Positions 60,451-64,000 of a DNA stretch of 64,000 nucleotides are shown one piece after another. The position numbers and the translations under genes were made by a program. The DNA comes from Isurus oxyrinchus (lineage: Eukaryota). The stretch lies in the NCBI GenBank assembly GCA_026770705.1, contig JANJGN010000052.1, positions 62,001-126,000 of the forward strand, written 5' to 3'. Numbering within the stretch: position 1 is the stretch's first letter; each line of letters starts with the position of its first letter. The notes below the pieces were generated by a model. The model was given only the letters and a program-made list of their open reading frames with translations, ran no database searches and had not been told where the DNA came from.

Positions 60451-61448
60451 ATATGAGAAACCGCTTGCTCCCTATCCTTCTCAAAGATCCATTCCTGCAG
60501 CAGGAGCCTGAAGAGTTATTGAAAAGGGACTTAATTTATCGAATTTTAGAATGATCCGGAACAGAAGGAAGCCATTTGGCCCATCGACCCTGTGCTGGGC
60601 CTTTGAAAGATCTGTCCAATTATTCCCACTCTCACCTCTGCTCTCTCCCCCACAGCCCTGCAAAATGTCCCCTTCAAGTATTTATCCAGTTCCCCTTCTG
60701 AAAGTTCCTGTTGAATCTGCTTCCACCGCCCTTTCAGGCAGTGAGTCAATGGTCTCTCTCTGAGCTGCAAAGTGATAAGTTTCAATGAAATATAAACTCT
60801 GCAGCAGATCAGAAACAATCATGATAACTCAGAATATTTGACAGTTTTACATACAGACAGCTTTGCCTCCCTTCTCTCTATCAGTTATCTTGCTATCTTA
60901 TCGAATTTTCTAGCATGGTGAGAAGGGACAGGAAGTGTGACGCTGAACTGCCTGTCTAATCTAAGAGCTTCTGTGTTGTCTTCATGGGAAATTCTGATGA
61001 AAATCAGCAAGAGAGAAACATTTCAGGGCATTGATATCGGAGTGCTTGCATCAGGATAGACTTCATCCCCCAGTTTTTATCCCTGCTTCTCTATTCAGCC
61101 GATCGCTCCCCTGTCACTCGCTGACCTACACTGGCTCCCAGTCCAGCAAAGCCTCAATTTTCAAAATCTCTTCAATGATTCCTTATCCCTCCATCCTCCC
61201 TCTCTACTCCCTGTCACTGTCACCTCCTCCAGCCCTGAAACCCTTTGAGGTCTCTGCTGTCCTGCAGTTCTGCTGTCAGACAGGGAGTCAGTGTATATCA
61301 GTGAGCACAGGGGTGATGGGTGAATGGGACTTGGTGTGAGTTTGTACACTGGCTCACTGCTGAATCGGTTCCCTATCAGAGCTCAATAAGAATGACCTTT
61401 TACAAAGACTATTAGCCATAAGTCTGTCCGAGCTGACGATGATATTAC

Positions 61449-61488
61449 CTTGGAGAAGTGACAGGAGGAAGTAATATTTCCCGATCAT
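61449..61488 (-). CDS. Gene B, leader exon coding part (whole exon 61449-61528)
   Basis: MIGKYYFLLSLLQ with G|gtaata donor, phase 1. The region ~60480-62070 is collinear with gene A ~4270-5780. Confidence 0.88.
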
Positions 61489-61936
61489 TGTCCACTCCCA
61501 GATATTCCTTTAGCTTCTCACTCTCAAACTGTGAAAGAGAAAGGAGTTAATGAGACCTCACCTCTTGTCCGACAGCTCTCGAGAGATCAGAACTGCTTTT
61601 AGACAATGTCTTCACAGACTAATTTGGTTCTCTGTGGGATGATAGGTGCTCTGCAGAGTTAAAAAGCTTTAAAAAAATAAATCAATGAAGGACTTGCATT
61701 TCTATATCGCCTTTCACCTCCTCAGGATGTCCCAAAGCTCATGTCTCTGCACTTCCCTCATCCCTTGAGCTAGAAAGATGTTCTGTACAACAGACTTGAG
61801 TCTCACACCCAGATCTCAATAATCAGTAGAAATCTTGCAAAGGCATCAATCATTGGAATCTGTCTTTATAAAGTCACATCATCAACAAAGGACGGTGTTG
61901 GTGGTGGAAGTGAATTCCAATCGTTCCGTTACTTAC

Positions 61937-62100
61937 CCAGAACCTGTCCGACTGCTCGCCTGGGGAGGAACTGCCCACACGCTCTGCTTGGGCTGAATGA
62001 CCTCTTCCTGTGCTGCTGCCTCTGTGTATTTAATGAGAAAGGGTTGATGTGTCACTGTGAGACAAAATGAGGAAGTTGGATCAAAGTGACAGAACAGCTC
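61937..62100 (-). other. Probable 5' UTR exon of gene B (5' end uncertain)
   Basis: CTGG|gtaagt donor conserved with gene A position 5643. Confidence 0.5.
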
Positions 62101-62699
62101 GTGTTTTGAGTTTTTTGAAGCTGTTAACCCTTTGCGTTCTGGACTTGTGATGATATTTCTGCTCAAAAGTGGAAAGTCATTGACCAGGAATTTCTCCTGT
62201 GTGTCACTGGATTTCGAACCCTCTCTCTCTCTCTGAGTGAGAAGGTCATCAGTTCGAAATTCATTTGGCAAAATTCAGGCTGGCAAACCAGACCGGCACT
62301 CGGTGTCAGGACTGAGAGTCCTGCACAGTCGGAGAGTCAGTACTGAGGGAGTGTTGCAGTGTTGGACGGTCAGCACTGACTTAGTGCTGCACTGTCGGAG
62401 GGTCTGTACTGCGAGTGTTGCACTCTGGGTGTGCCAGTACTGAAGGAGTGCTGCACTGTCAGATGGTCAATGCTGAGGGAGCGCTACACTTTTCAAGCAT
62501 CAGTACTTAGGGGCTGCTGCACTATCAGGGGGTCATGACTAAGGGACCACTGCACAGTCGGAGGGTCCGTACCCAGGGAATGCTGCACTGTCGCAGGCTC
62601 AGTACAGAGGGAGAGCAAACTAAAGTAGTGACAAGGGTTGAATAAACTGGCGATGAGGTGAAAAACAAGGAAGAAAAAGCAAGGAATGAGAGCAAGGGA

Positions 62700-64000
62700 A
62701 CTGAAATCGGGCTGTGCCTCATGCAGTGATTATAAATATAATTTCCATCCTAATAACCGAAGCAGTCCCCTCGAAGAATGCTGCAGTTTGGAAGAGTTGA
62801 TCCTTTCGACCTAACGGTGTGCGATTGGTCTCATTATGGTGAACCTCTCGCGTTCTTTTTCCAAGTGAATGACATTGATGGGGAGGAGAAGAGGCGAGCG
62901 ACCCTCTTATCCACGTGTGGGAGTAAGACTTAAGGATTGATGCGAACTTTAATGTCACCCGGTGCCATGGATTCAAAAAGTTTAGATGATATAGTGAACC
63001 TTGTGAAGATTCCTTCCCAGCCCCAGCCCTCGGTAACGATGCAACGGTCCAAATTTAACTCAAGAAATAGAGTCCCAGGGGAGGCAGCTGCATGTTATGT
63101 GGAAATTCTGAAACAGTTCACAGGACATTGTGAGTTTGGTAAATCTATAAATGATATGCTGAGAGATCGACTGGTGTGCAGTATAAATGAAGATTCGATT
63201 CAGAAGAGATTACTGTCTGAAACAGATTTGGATATTCAGAAAGCTCTGGGAATAGTGCTGGCTATGGAAAGAGCAGTGAGGGACTCGAAAAACATATGGA
63301 GAGTGCAAAATGTCACCGTCCTCATGTTGGGTGAGGAGCCTCAGCCAAGAAGTGCGGGAAAATGTACAGCTCTGATGAGAAGCGGGAAACCTCCACCACT
63401 AGCAGCAAATAAAAAGGAATGACTTTGCAGAGAAAACATGGAATAATGGGAACAGAGGTAAAGCAGACAACCTCGTAGTGAATGGAACTTTAAAAAAACA
63501 ATTGTTTTTACTGTCAACGAAACAGAGAGCCCATGAGAGATTGCAAGGATAGAATCAGGCAGAGTTTCAATCAAGAGAGAAAACCCTGTGAGATCCATAA
63601 CATAGAAGAGCCTGAAGTAACAGATTCAGATAGTTATTCATTGTATAATTTAAAGGTAGGAAGAACAGAGCCAATCTATGTAACAGTGAGGGTGAATGAT
63701 AGAGCTCTCAGAATGGGGGTGGACACAGGAGCTAACACTACGCTAATTGGTGAGCATACTTTCAAATACTGGTATCATGGGGAAAGTCAATTAAATTTGG
63801 AAGAAACAGATGACTAATTGAAAAGTTACACGGGAGAAGACATTCAAGCCAAAGACATAAGCAGGGTTATTTTACAGTATGGAAGTCAATCAGTAAAATG
63901 ACCCTTGATGATGGGAGCTGGTGAGGGACCAAGCCTCCTTGGACGAAACTGGTTGAAAGATATTAAACTGGATTGGTCTGAGATCTTCCAACTGAGAGCC
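62700..64000 (+). mobile_element. Degenerate Gypsy-type gag-protease, running off the right edge
   Basis: MQRSKFNSR...INDMLRDRLVC.IN...IQKRLL, protease VDTGA, GPSLLGRNWL. Confidence 0.87.

Overview
Eukaryotic, repeat-rich vertebrate DNA, most likely a shark or other chondrichthyan (inferred from the repeat landscape: CR1/L2 LINEs, a ubiquitous 33-bp minisatellite, palindromic Penelope-type ends). It contains four assembly gaps. The window holds a Siglec (CD33/MAG/CD22-like) immunoreceptor cluster with a hepcidin-family gene inside it. Gene A (-): UTR exon, leader, V-set and C2-set exons, continuing off the left edge. Module C (-): three tandem C2 exons (the middle one frameshifted), a neutral TM exon and an ITIM/ITSM tail, with no leader or V exon of its own visible. 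Gene D (+): MAG-like leader and a V exon cut off by Gypsy gag just before the sialic-acid-binding Arg (pseudogene). HAMP-like gene (+): three short exons missed by the ORF track, encoding an 88-aa precursor with an atypical 29-aa 8-Cys mature peptide. Gene B (-): one leader, four V-set exons with divergent ligand loops (one lacks the essential Arg), one intact C2 exon and a terminal exon with an Arg-containing TM and short tail (activating type). All Ig exons are phase 1-1, so B could choose among V exons and possibly between an activating end and the orphan inhibitory module C. That model is inference and needs transcript data. Exon coordinates were read manually from splice sites; repeat boundaries are approximate.
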